Numbered from the stretch's first letter, positions 21,001-29,924 are shown. The stretch is DNA of 64,000 bases from an uncultured Desulfarculus sp. (GCA_963665125.2 CAXXUK010000001.1:2208001-2272000); one strand, 5' to 3'. Numbers and translations: made by a program. The notes: a model not told the origin generated them from the letters alone.

Positions 21001-21528
21001 CTTGAGGATCTGACCCTTTACCTTGAGAATCAGCGTCTCGGCCAACAGCGGGGTGTTGGCCTTGAGCTTAAGCTCCAGCCGGGGCTTTTTGCCCGGTTCG
21101 GCGGGCTTGAATTCCACCGTCAGGGTGGGTTGCTCGTCCACCCGCAGGTCGACCGTAAAAGTCTTTTCGGCCTTGAGTTCATCGGGCGGATCGGTGCTGA
21201 AGTCCACCTTCAGAGAGATGGTTCCCTTTGTGCCGATATCGGCCTTGCCCACGTTGAATATGGCCTTTGCCGTGGCCTTCTTGCCCGGCTCGACCACCAG
21301 GGCCTCGGGCTCGACGGTGATCTTAGTGATCCAGGCCGGCGTCTGCACGCCGGACACCTTGGCGTTGACCTTTATTTTGGCGTCCTCGGGCAGGCTCAGA
21401 TCCAGTTCGATCTCGTTTCCCGCCGACTCGGGGGCCACCACCAGTTCGGACTTTTCCTCGGCCATGGCGCCAAAGGGCAGGGCCAAACAGAGAATCACGG
21501 CGATTGCCGCTATGATGCGCGCTTTCAT
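18022..21528 (-). CDS. Large secreted multi-Ig-like protein ending in a C-terminally truncated vWA domain
   Basis: Signal peptide; three D..NG.ANSGE-type repeats; three Y.GD.....Y repeats; FVVDASGSM, GSTP, MLTDGGETC, then stop. Confidence 0.8.
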   Translation of the reverse strand: MKARIIAAIAVILCLALPFGAMAEEKSELVVAPESAGNEIELDLSLPEDAKIKVNAKVSGVQTPAWITKITVEPEALVVEPGKKATAKAIFNVGKADIGTKGTISLKVDFSTDPPDELKAEKTFTVDLRVDEQPTLTVEFKPAEPGKKPRLELKLKANTPLLAETLILKVKGQILKLTTDSADGGKQLSAVHEFEKSLKPGQYQAEVEVRAKDGGKYNLSADFNYIAAVVLEDFVLDDKGGAPENGQANSGEKITIALKLKSLEPSVLKAVKILCQKDDPRLKPGDDAIWAVGDMEPGKAIQSGALAFEVGKLTGGPEVVALSLRPTSEDQSYVTPMELRVTVSPALELRVRLADKVDDPKDTKPNNGDGKANSGEKITLKLTVVNVGEAPSPEWKLTLDNSSPLVKLEQTDFEGPSLAAGAEKQIDVKATVAGQIQKATNAVILAKLEAKAGGGGIETKLLLPVEPPPLDLELVKTRLEDPGTGDLTGVNDNNGKLSNGEHGFLYLSVRNNSDEDLKQVFFALNSTGQPLPTISYKVEGVDIAGKATVERMFEIKMPIDYLDNSLPLTVRAVSDYRRWQHSFSLPILVREFFEAKFELATTDGKPAGPGDLHPGAKVAYKLTLTSKASKALTGLDVNVWSNEGQVHPIPNNFPGEDFQPGQTKTYEGTVTIDRDYIKDVVPINLSVFDRAYQRSLYKKTLTFNMGASATKMKLKAVQPDKTKPQWRIDIEVTDKNDVLVDTGMVVLTAANGTLKEPKLSLSGGKGQSLWTPPDGFKGQDLIDVEYLGDEPDPAKNDSKYLACKESIIVPTELARPTYIEVKVGAMKGTKANAEFPITIAVFDNTAAPVSAGSISLAADLGAVDPTEVPLAGKPVTVVWKGEVAREKGTLLISYSGDETDPAKPDLMYEPCSKKVPLPPKDLKASNLQMTPVLVDKAGVYRLELTLVDEYGRPIRKGKAEMSATGGSFGASGAVTSATVDMPIGTGMIGWRNTGTDQQTITATYPGDQSGPGGENVVYDASKISVKLPTVMIKRSTVFVVDASGSMGSNNKIGKAKAAVRAALSGYPSDQGEEEWALVVFFDCSNIRLMQGFTTNPGDITSKLGFGPSGSTPVAKSMQFAATYLRQSARGQTGRIIMLTDGGETCRGNPVEAAEGIYQRTRNVNLGNP
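20392..20789. repeat. Exact 26-bp intragenic direct repeat (20392-20417 and 20764-20789)
   Basis: ggtgatcttttcgccggagttggcct occurs twice and encodes ANSGEKIT. Confidence 0.85.
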
Positions 21529-24500
21529 GGCCGGCCTCCGATCTTCACCCGGCCCTTTTCCAAGAGCTTGTTCTGGGCTCCCTCGGCCGCCGGCTTGCCG
21601 TACAGTTCAAAGATCACCACCGGCTTGCCTCCCGAGAGTTTGACCTCGACTTCAACCGGTTCGGCGCTCTTGGCGTAGGCCTTCAGCGCCTCGGGCACTT
21701 CCGGCGTGGCCAGCAGGCCGAACACGGTCTTGGGCGGCGGGGCCTCGTCTCCTTCGGGCAATCGCTTAACCTTGAACTTCACCGCCGCGTCGGGGGTGGC
21801 GATCGCCGCATCGGGCGAAACCTTGAGGATCGCCGCGTCGACCTTCACCGGCTTGATGGCCAGCTTGGCGTTCGGGTGCAGAGGCGTGACCGTCAGTTCC
21901 ACCTCATCTCCCGGAGCCATGTCCAACGGCGGAGCCGGTTCGATCTTGAGCCTGGCCAGATAGAAGATCTTGGCCCGGTTGACCTTGTCGGCAAAGCCCC
22001 TGGCCGCCAGCCAGTACATGTGCAGCGCCCGGTCAAAGTCGGCCTTGTTTTCCTGGACGAAGTCGAGTTGATCGCCCTTGATACGCTCCTGCATCTTCTG
22101 CTTGCGGGCGTCGGCCCAGGTCTTGGGATCAACATCGGTCTCCACCGGCTCCCACCAGCCGTAGAACGTCCCCTCCGGCCCAGCCAGCCAAAGCTCCAGG
22201 ATACGGCCCATCATCATATAGCGGGCCAATACCGCGCCAATGTCCGGATCGGCCGGATCTTCCTTGCTGACCTTGCCCTTCAGGTAAAAGAGCATCGACT
22301 TTATGTCCCGGGGTACCTCCATGATCTCCTGGTTGGTGGCCGCCGTCATGGGGCCGTCCCAGTCAGGTTTGCCCTTAAGCGGCGGCGAGCCGTAGAGCAT
22401 GTGCGACAGGCCCGCGTCGGGCACACCTATGCTGCTGCAGAAGGCGACCAGTTGGTTGCGGGTCTGGACGATCTGCTCATAAGTTGTGACCCAGTTGTCG
22501 GCGATCTTCATGCGTTCCACATCGCCCTTTTCACCGGTTTCCTTGATCTTGTCCAGGGCCTCCTGGAAGTTGGTCATCAGCTTGTCCTTGATGCCCAATT
22601 GCTCGCCGAGGTTGGCCAGGCGTTCTTTATACTGCTTGAACACGCCCAGCTTGGCCAGGTAGCGGGCCTTCATCTCCTGCTCGAACGAGCGGATGATGCT
22701 GTCCGCCAACAGGTCGTAGACCTTTTTTTGCAGCTTGGCCCGTTCCTCCAGCAGCTTCTTGATGGCCTGGAGCTGCCCCGGGGCCAGTTTGGCCGCCTCG
22801 CCGTCGGCCAGGCAGTTGTTGAGCAGGTCGAACTTGATTCCCTGGTGAGTCCCTTCCCACCTGTCGGCCCAACCCTGGGGGCAGTACTTGGGCGTGTCGG
22901 TCATGAACGGGGCCATGGATTGGCAGTTGAACTCCCTCAGGGTCTTGCAGGCCGCGCTCAGGGCCTGGTTGCTGCGGAAGAGCTTGTGGTCGCCGTCGAT
23001 CACCAGGGCCCGGAAGGCCAGGGGCACGCCGGGTTCCAACACCAGCTTGGTCTTGGCCGCCTGGATGTCGTCCATTCCGGTCTGGTATTGGGCGATGAGT
23101 GCCTTTTCCTGGGGGTCTTTTTCAGCCATGCGCCGCACATACTCGGCCATGTTGGGAGTTTCGCTGTTGGGCGGATCGAACATCCCATTGCGCGTATAGG
23201 TGTCGGAAAAGCCCACCATTTGCTCCCACTGATAATAGACCTGGGAGGGATCGTCCTCCCAGCTTTCGGGCTCCTTGCCCGGCTCGGGGGAGAAAATGCT
23301 GGCCTTGAGCATGGCATCCAGCTCTTTTTCGAACATCACCACCTTGACATGGGATATGTAGCGGTTGCCCAGGTTTTCCACGACCATGGGGATCATGGTC
23401 ACCGGGCAGATATAGATGGTGATGGCATAGGCTATCTGGTTGGGGTCGCCGGTGAGGCTGGCCGCGTAAACGGCAGGCAGGACCAACACGTTGGATTTAC
23501 CCAGCAACATGGGCAGAATAATAAATTTGGCCGTGGCCCAGAGCTTTTCGTGCATGGGCACGTCCTGGGCCCAGACGTCGGTCATCTGCAGGTACATGTC
23601 CAGATAGATCAGCACGTCGGCCGAGGTCTTGACCATGGCGTAGGGCCGGGCCACCAGGCTATTCATGAAATCGGCCGAGGTCATGAAATCCGTGGCCGTG
23701 ACCACCTTGGGCGGCGTGGCCTCCATGACCCACTTGGGCACATGCTCCAAGAGGCTGCGGCCCAGTTCGGTCTTTTTCAAAGTATCCTGCACGCGCTGGC
23801 GAATCTGAAGATCCTTTTTGAACAACTTGCCGATCTTTGTCAGGCCCTGTTTCAGACGGCCCAGGCCGCCGGGGTTGTCGGTGTTGGCCGCGATGAATAC
23901 ATTGAGAGACTGCTCGGCTTCCCTGGCCCATTTAAGCACCTCGGCCGGGGCCTTGCCGGTCTTCTTATAGTGATCGACCATGGTCTTCAGCTCTTTTTGC
24001 AACTGCAAAAAGGCCTCTTGGCGCCGGGCCGGCGCGCCCCTGCCCTTGTATGAGCATATTTCCAGGACCCTGGAACGGAAACCAACCTCGGCCATTTTCT
24101 TCATCACCCGCACCACGCGGTCGGTAAAGGCTTTGGCGGTGCCTTTGTCAGGGGTTTCGCCGACCATTCTTTTCCAAATGGCGTCGAACTTGTCCTGGGT
24201 CTTGGCCACTTTGCGGTCCAGAGCCTTGAGCTTTTGGTTTTCAGATGCGGACAACTTATTGGTATTGACCCTGCCGTCCTCCTGTCCCACGCTTTGCAAA
24301 AACAGCACCCGTTCCTTCTGGGCCTCCAGAATCTGGATCTTCAGCGCCTCGGCCTTGCGGGCGTCGTAAATAAAGCCGATGTCCGAGCCGTTGAAGAATT
24401 GTTTCCACTGCTCCTGCTGCATGCCCTGCACAAAGACATCGCCCGAGCGGGCTATGAATTTGGTGGCTTTTTGGACCTTTTCCCTAACTGTGGAGGCCTC

Positions 24501-25478
24501 TTGGGCCTCGTGGATGTGACAGACCATGTCAACTGGAGTCACGGCGCTGTCGTGAATCGTATATCCGCCACTCGTAAAGATTTTGGCGAAATCGCTTTCC
24601 CCACCGTAGGCCTTCCTGAGGTATTTCATGATCTTTTCGGGCGTCAAACTGGCCTTGATGGTGCCGTCCTTGTTGAAAAGGGCCGGATTTGACTTGCGCA
24701 GGGCCCTAAGCTGGGTATAGACGAATATGCTTTCGCCCGGGCTGGAAAATGGTTTGCCCGTCACGGGGTTGATGATCTTGAGGTTTTCCACGCTGATTGT
24801 CACGGGCTTGCCGCCGGCGCCGGCGACGTCCATGGACTGGAAGTTCTTCATCTCCGTGAGGGCCCATTTGCGGCCGCCGGTGGAGATGTATACCCCGGCC
24901 TCTTTTTCATAACCCAGTCCGTTGACGATAACGTCCAGGCTGGCCGCCGAGACGCCCAGTTCGCGTTGAAAAAGGTCGTTGCAGCGCTTGATCAGACCAC
25001 TGTTGGGATTTGCGTCGTTTTTATCCAGGGCGAACAGGGTCCAGTCGAAGTCTCCGTCAAAGGTGAGGTCCTTGACGGCCTTGATGGACCATTTGCCGCT
25101 GTCGGCATAGCCGTAGACCGAGCCCAGGCCGCCCCCCGAGTTGATGACCTGGTTGCGCACATTGGTTACCACGCCCCTGACCGTGGACATGAGCTGATTT
25201 TCCACGCCTGAGACCTGGCCCCACTGGCCGCTGTTGTTCTTGCGCAGGGCTCTGAGTTTTTTGAACACCGGCTCTCCGGACGGAGGCTGGCTGGCCATAT
25301 ATTCAAAAAAAGCCTTGGCGCTGCCCTTGGCCTTGCCAGGAGAAAAGGCGTCGGGCTCCTGGGAAAGCTTGAGCATGTAATCAAAAGCGTTCTGCGGATT
25401 ACTGACGGCCCAGGCGGGCACCGCCGACAGCACGATGAGTGCCGCCAGTACGGCCAGCAAGCGGCGCATTGGAAACAT
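21525..25478 (-). CDS. Large secreted, mostly helical protein of unknown function (NTase-like N-terminal motif, central hydrophobic block)
   Basis: RBS aaggag; signal peptide MFPMRRLLAVLAALIVLSAVPAWA; ATGA overlap with the next gene. Confidence 0.75.
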   Translation of the reverse strand: MFPMRRLLAVLAALIVLSAVPAWAVSNPQNAFDYMLKLSQEPDAFSPGKAKGSAKAFFEYMASQPPSGEPVFKKLRALRKNNSGQWGQVSGVENQLMSTVRGVVTNVRNQVINSGGGLGSVYGYADSGKWSIKAVKDLTFDGDFDWTLFALDKNDANPNSGLIKRCNDLFQRELGVSAASLDVIVNGLGYEKEAGVYISTGGRKWALTEMKNFQSMDVAGAGGKPVTISVENLKIINPVTGKPFSSPGESIFVYTQLRALRKSNPALFNKDGTIKASLTPEKIMKYLRKAYGGESDFAKIFTSGGYTIHDSAVTPVDMVCHIHEAQEASTVREKVQKATKFIARSGDVFVQGMQQEQWKQFFNGSDIGFIYDARKAEALKIQILEAQKERVLFLQSVGQEDGRVNTNKLSASENQKLKALDRKVAKTQDKFDAIWKRMVGETPDKGTAKAFTDRVVRVMKKMAEVGFRSRVLEICSYKGRGAPARRQEAFLQLQKELKTMVDHYKKTGKAPAEVLKWAREAEQSLNVFIAANTDNPGGLGRLKQGLTKIGKLFKKDLQIRQRVQDTLKKTELGRSLLEHVPKWVMEATPPKVVTATDFMTSADFMNSLVARPYAMVKTSADVLIYLDMYLQMTDVWAQDVPMHEKLWATAKFIILPMLLGKSNVLVLPAVYAASLTGDPNQIAYAITIYICPVTMIPMVVENLGNRYISHVKVVMFEKELDAMLKASIFSPEPGKEPESWEDDPSQVYYQWEQMVGFSDTYTRNGMFDPPNSETPNMAEYVRRMAEKDPQEKALIAQYQTGMDDIQAAKTKLVLEPGVPLAFRALVIDGDHKLFRSNQALSAACKTLREFNCQSMAPFMTDTPKYCPQGWADRWEGTHQGIKFDLLNNCLADGEAAKLAPGQLQAIKKLLEERAKLQKKVYDLLADSIIRSFEQEMKARYLAKLGVFKQYKERLANLGEQLGIKDKLMTNFQEALDKIKETGEKGDVERMKIADNWVTTYEQIVQTRNQLVAFCSSIGVPDAGLSHMLYGSPPLKGKPDWDGPMTAATNQEIMEVPRDIKSMLFYLKGKVSKEDPADPDIGAVLARYMMMGRILELWLAGPEGTFYGWWEPVETDVDPKTWADARKQKMQERIKGDQLDFVQENKADFDRALHMYWLAARGFADKVNRAKIFYLARLKIEPAPPLDMAPGDEVELTVTPLHPNAKLAIKPVKVDAAILKVSPDAAIATPDAAVKFKVKRLPEGDEAPPPKTVFGLLATPEVPEALKAYAKSAEPVEVEVKLSGGKPVVIFELYGKPAAEGAQNKLLEKGRVKIGGRP

Positions 25479-25757
25479 GGAGCGTGCTCCTTGGCTATGG
25501 GAGTGTTTAGCGGCGCCACCAGGGTACCTAGTCGGACCATATTGGCGGCGTCGCTTATAGTATGCCAATATTAAAACCACGGTTACATATAAAACCCAAA
25601 TAATTATTCACTGTTTGTAAAAGCTTCATTCACAATTGTTGTTGTGCTATCTTGAAATCATCTTTAAAAACCGATTGTCTACAAGCTTGTAAGTCATCAA
25701 TGCAATGTATCGTCAAAGCCTGTGTAGGCTGTTCATGTTTTTCCTGGAGGAGCGCAA
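25479..25757. promoter_or_regulatory. AT-rich divergent promoter region
   Basis: Non-coding AT-rich gap between two divergent operons; palindrome tacaagcttgta at 25680-25691. Confidence 0.55.
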
Positions 25758-27905
25758 ATGGCCAAGCTCACAGTTGTTTCCGGCGAGATGGCAGGAAAGG
25801 TCCTTGAGCTGGGTAAACAAGACGTAATCGTTATCGGCAGGGATTCAAGCTGTGACTTTGTGCTGGATCACCCCGATACTTCCCGCAAGCACGCGGAAAT
25901 CCAGTCAACACCCCAGGGCTTTCTGGTCAAGGATCTGGGTTCCACAAATGGAACCAAGGTCAACGGCCAGGCAATTACCGAGCATCTGCTGAAAAACAAC
26001 GACGAAGTCATTTTCGGCGCGGTGAAATTCAAGGCCGAGCTTCCCACCGACGGCTCAACCAGGGTGCGTTCCACCAAGGTCCGTAGCGTGGCCCCGACCC
26101 TGACCGCATCCGACGGCAAGGCCCACACCCTGGGCAAGGAAGTGACCATCGTGGGCCGCGAGTCCGGCTGCGACTTGGTCGTGGCCAGCGAACAGGTGTC
26201 GGCCCGCCACGCCGAACTGCGCCAAACGCCCCAGGGCCTTCTGGTCAAGGACCTTGGCTCCACCAACGGCACATTCGTCAACGGCCAGAAGATCACCGAA
26301 AAGCTCCTCAGCGACGGCGACGAGCTGTCCTTTGACGTCCACAAGTTCAAGGTATCGGTTTCCGGCGGACAGGCCGGCACAAAGGTCCGGGGCACCCAGG
26401 TGCGCCCGCCCGCCGGCGAAGCGGCCGCCGCGCCGCCAAAGGCTCCGGCCGCAGGCGGCGGCAAATCAATGATGCCGCTGATCATTGCCATCGTGGCTGT
26501 AGTAATTATCGCCGGCGGCGCGGCCGCCTGGTATTTCAAGGCCGGTCCCGGCGCGGACAGCAAATCCCTGGGCGGCTCGCCCACTGCAACCCAGGCGGTG
26601 CAGACGGTCCAAACGCCCGCGACCACCGGCACCCAGGCCGTCGTGGCGCCGCCCCCCGTCACCGCCCCCACCCAGGCCCAGCCTCCCCGTCAGGTCATTG
26701 ACCGCCTGGTGTTCAACCATGTCTGGTCCTACACCACCGGCGACAAGGTTTTCTCGTCACCGGCCATCGGCGATGTCAACGGCGACGGCGTGCTGGATGT
26801 GGTGGTCGGCTCCAACGACAACATAATCTACCTGCTTGACGGCAGGCAGGGCGGCCTGCTCTGGCGCTTCCGCACCGACGGTCCGGTGCAGAGTTCGCCC
26901 CTGTTGGTGGATCTGACCAACGACGGCACACCGGACGTGGTCTGCGGCACCGACGGCGGCAGGGTCTACGCCCTGGACGGCGAGGGCCGCAAGATATGGG
27001 AAGCCCCCGAAGACCTCAAGCCCGGAGCCGGTAACGAGTTCCAGTCTTCACCAGCCGCGGCTGAACTCAACGGCCGGGGTCCGGTTGACATCATCATCGG
27101 CTGCCAGAACGGCCAGGTCTACGGCTTCAGCGGCGACCGTGGCTGGAAGCTGTGGGAAAGCGGCTCCATCCTCAAGGCCGGCGCCTTTGCCACCCCGGCC
27201 CTGACCGACGCCAACGGCGACGGCACGGCCGACGCCCTCGTCGGCAGCCTGGACAAGAACTTCTACTGCATTTCCGGCAAGAACGGCTGGAAGCTGTGGC
27301 AATTCCCCACCAAGGGAGCCATCAAGGCCTCGGCGGCCATCGGCGACCTGGACGGCGACCGCAAGCCAGAAGCAGTGGTGGCCAGCACCGACGGCACGAT
27401 CTACGCCCTGCACGCCGCGGACGGCGTGGAGTTGTGGCGCTATGAATCCAACGTGCCCATAGAGTCTTCGCCCGAACTGGCCGACCTCAACCGCGACGGC
27501 ACCCTGGATGTGCTGGTGGCTTTGACCAACGGCAAGCTCACCGCCCTCAACGGCAAGAACGGCCTGCGGGTGTGGGAATTCGACATGAACGGCGCCAAGG
27601 TGGTTTCCAGCCCGGTGATCTACGACCTCAACGGCGACGGCGTTGACGATGCCATCGTCGCCGACTCGGCGGGCGTGATTCACGCGGTCAGCGGCACCAC
27701 CGGCTGGGAATTGGCCAACTTCTCTCTCAACGCCGGCGTGGTTTCTTCCCCGGCCCTGGCAGATGTCAACGGTGACGGACTTCTGGATGTCATCGTGGGC
27801 GTGGAGGACAACAACGTGGTAGTGCTCACCCTGAACGTGCCTTCGGCCAAGAATGCCATTGTCTGGCCGAATTTCCGGGCCAACAAGGCCCGCACGGGCA
27901 AGTAG
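25758..27905 (+). CDS. Tandem FHA-FHA-TM-FG-GAP/PQQ-like beta-propeller protein
   Basis: Two GR..SxxHA..DLGSTNGT FHA motifs 106 aa apart; TM LIIAIVAVVIIAGGAAAWYF; eight D/E-x-x-x-D/R-G-type repeats with Trp-docking motifs. Confidence 0.9.
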   Translation: MAKLTVVSGEMAGKVLELGKQDVIVIGRDSSCDFVLDHPDTSRKHAEIQSTPQGFLVKDLGSTNGTKVNGQAITEHLLKNNDEVIFGAVKFKAELPTDGSTRVRSTKVRSVAPTLTASDGKAHTLGKEVTIVGRESGCDLVVASEQVSARHAELRQTPQGLLVKDLGSTNGTFVNGQKITEKLLSDGDELSFDVHKFKVSVSGGQAGTKVRGTQVRPPAGEAAAAPPKAPAAGGGKSMMPLIIAIVAVVIIAGGAAAWYFKAGPGADSKSLGGSPTATQAVQTVQTPATTGTQAVVAPPPVTAPTQAQPPRQVIDRLVFNHVWSYTTGDKVFSSPAIGDVNGDGVLDVVVGSNDNIIYLLDGRQGGLLWRFRTDGPVQSSPLLVDLTNDGTPDVVCGTDGGRVYALDGEGRKIWEAPEDLKPGAGNEFQSSPAAAELNGRGPVDIIIGCQNGQVYGFSGDRGWKLWESGSILKAGAFATPALTDANGDGTADALVGSLDKNFYCISGKNGWKLWQFPTKGAIKASAAIGDLDGDRKPEAVVASTDGTIYALHAADGVELWRYESNVPIESSPELADLNRDGTLDVLVALTNGKLTALNGKNGLRVWEFDMNGAKVVSSPVIYDLNGDGVDDAIVADSAGVIHAVSGTTGWELANFSLNAGVVSSPALADVNGDGLLDVIVGVEDNNVVVLTLNVPSAKNAIVWPNFRANKARTGK

Positions 27906-29924
27906 ATGCTTACAAAAGCCGGGCGGGCCGTCATCGCGGTCTGCCTGGCTTTACTCATATGGCCGCTGGCCGCTGGCGCCTCCAGACTTGATCAAGGCAC
28001 CAAGCGCGACGCGGTTATTCTTCTGGCCGGCGGCCCTGCCGGCCAAACCCAGTTGCATGCCCTGAAAACCGCCCTGAGCGTCGGCGGCTATGAAGTGGTG
28101 GTGCTTTCGCCCCAGGACTCCACGGGCGGCTTGGCCGGGATGTCCGACAGCATCAAGAAAACGGTCAAGGGCCTGCTGGACCGCGACGGCATCGGCGAGG
28201 TGGCCCTGGTGGCCCACGGCGCGGCCGCGTTCGCCGCCCTGGAGTATGTCCAAAGCCAAAAGCCGGAGCGGCTGAAGCATCTGGTGCTCATCGCCGCGCC
28301 CCTGGCCGGGCTGAGCCCGCCCCCCGGCGGCAGTGACTGCAAGGACGCCTGGCGGAAACGCATCCAAGCCTTCTACAGTCCGGAAAACCTCAAGCAGGCC
28401 GCGCCCGGCGGCAAGATGATCGGCACCGTGTCCAAGGGCCTGCCTTTGGACATCACGGCGGGCTCCATCTCCGGCCGCCTGAACCCGGAAGTGGCCGAGA
28501 CCATGACCGACCGGGCCGCCTGCGCCAAGGAACTGGCCGCCTTGCCCGGCGACGGGGTCACGGACAAATCATCCATTGCCGGGTTGCCGGGCTTCGGCCG
28601 GGACGACCGGGCCTACACCGCCCTGGGCGATCATCTCGGCCTGCCCGCCAACCGCGACTGCATCAAACAGGTCCTGCGCCTGTTGAAGCTGCCCACCACC
28701 GGCGGTTCGGCTTCGGTGGCCATAGTAGTGGACGGCTCGGGCTCGGTGCGCCGCCAAAAGGACAAGCAACTGCGCCGCCAGGCCGTGGTCATGCTCCTTG
28801 ACCGTCTCAGCGTTGGCGACCGCGTGGCCGTGGCCGGTTTCAACACCGGCGGCTACGCCGTACTGCCCCTGGAGCTGATCAAGTCCATCGACAGCGCCAA
28901 GGAGTTCGCCGAAAAGCTGTATCTGCCCTCGGCGGGCGACACCAACATCGGCGCCGGCCTGGAAAAGGCCCTGGAGTTACTGGCAAAGGCCCCCGATGGC
29001 TCGCGCAAGATCGCCGTGCTGATAACCGACGGCCGCAACGACCCGGAAAGCAACAACGGGCCGACCCTTGACACGGCCCGCCGTCTGGCCGCCCAGGGCT
29101 TGGAGATCCATGCCGTGGGCCTGACCACCGACGTTGACGAACTGTTCCTCAGCCGCCTGGCCAATCTCAGCGGCGGGGCCTATTACGCCGTCAACGGGAC
29201 CGATTCCCTGGCCGCGGTGTTCGACCGCCTCCAGGCCGAAATCAAGGGCAACAGCCTGCTGGTTTCGGCCACGGGCAAGGCCCCCGCCGAATACAAGTTT
29301 CCGGTGGATTCCACAATCAGCCGCATCGACATCATGCTTGCCGGTCCGGATGACAAACTGGGCCTGGAACTCATCGACGGCAAGGGCGACAAGGTTCAGG
29401 CCAAAAGCGCCGTCGGCAAGGGCCACGCCGTGTTCAGCGTGGACAACCCCGCGCCCGGTCTCTGGCAAGCCGAGATCACCGGCGGCGGTGAGCCTTTCGA
29501 GTTGCAGATCATGGCCGACAGCGGCCTGAGGGTCAAGCTGCAAGCCAAACAGGAACCCCTGGCCGGAACGCCCTGGCCGGTGACCATCGCCGTGAGCCAG
29601 GACGACGCGCCCCTGGCCAAATGCAAGGCAGAGGTCGGCGTCACCGGCCCCGGCGGCAAAACCGTCACCACCGAACTCAAGCCCCAGCAATCCGGCGGCT
29701 TTTCGGTGAGCATCAGCAGCGCCGGCGCTCTCAGCGGCCAGCTAAAGGGCCTTGACGACATCGGCGACCACCGGATCAAGGCCGTGGTCACAGGTAAAAA
29801 CAACCTTGGCGAGGACTTCCGCCGGGTATTGGTGCAAAACGTTCACGTGGCCGACAAGGCCGACATCAAAATATTAAAGCGTACGCTTCAAGGCAGATCG
29901 CTTCCCTGGAGAGGCAATCCATGA
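27906..29924 (+). CDS. Secreted alpha/beta-hydrolase-like (nucleophile lost) + vWA + beta-sandwich protein
   Basis: Signal peptide; VALVAHGAAA and LVLIAAPLAG (lipase-like); IVVDGSGSV, GDTNI, LITDG complete vWA; NPAPGLW domain. Confidence 0.8.
   Translation: MLTKAGRAVIAVCLALLIWPLAAGASRLDQGTKRDAVILLAGGPAGQTQLHALKTALSVGGYEVVVLSPQDSTGGLAGMSDSIKKTVKGLLDRDGIGEVALVAHGAAAFAALEYVQSQKPERLKHLVLIAAPLAGLSPPPGGSDCKDAWRKRIQAFYSPENLKQAAPGGKMIGTVSKGLPLDITAGSISGRLNPEVAETMTDRAACAKELAALPGDGVTDKSSIAGLPGFGRDDRAYTALGDHLGLPANRDCIKQVLRLLKLPTTGGSASVAIVVDGSGSVRRQKDKQLRRQAVVMLLDRLSVGDRVAVAGFNTGGYAVLPLELIKSIDSAKEFAEKLYLPSAGDTNIGAGLEKALELLAKAPDGSRKIAVLITDGRNDPESNNGPTLDTARRLAAQGLEIHAVGLTTDVDELFLSRLANLSGGAYYAVNGTDSLAAVFDRLQAEIKGNSLLVSATGKAPAEYKFPVDSTISRIDIMLAGPDDKLGLELIDGKGDKVQAKSAVGKGHAVFSVDNPAPGLWQAEITGGGEPFELQIMADSGLRVKLQAKQEPLAGTPWPVTIAVSQDDAPLAKCKAEVGVTGPGGKTVTTELKPQQSGGFSVSISSAGALSGQLKGLDDIGDHRIKAVVTGKNNLGEDFRRVLVQNVHVADKADIKILKRTLQGRSLPWRGNP

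Noticed and set aside
21876..24053. 725-aa plus-strand ORF and similar long antisense ORFs (665-1885, 30460-32112, 6852-8150)
   Set aside because: Shadow ORFs typical of high-GC coding DNA; no motifs, and they lie opposite better-supported genes
18022..29924. Identical 12-mer GGCAATCCATGA at two gene junctions (18022-18033 minus, 29913-29924 plus) as a recombination site
   Set aside because: Short and explainable by ATGA translational coupling; no recombinase nearby
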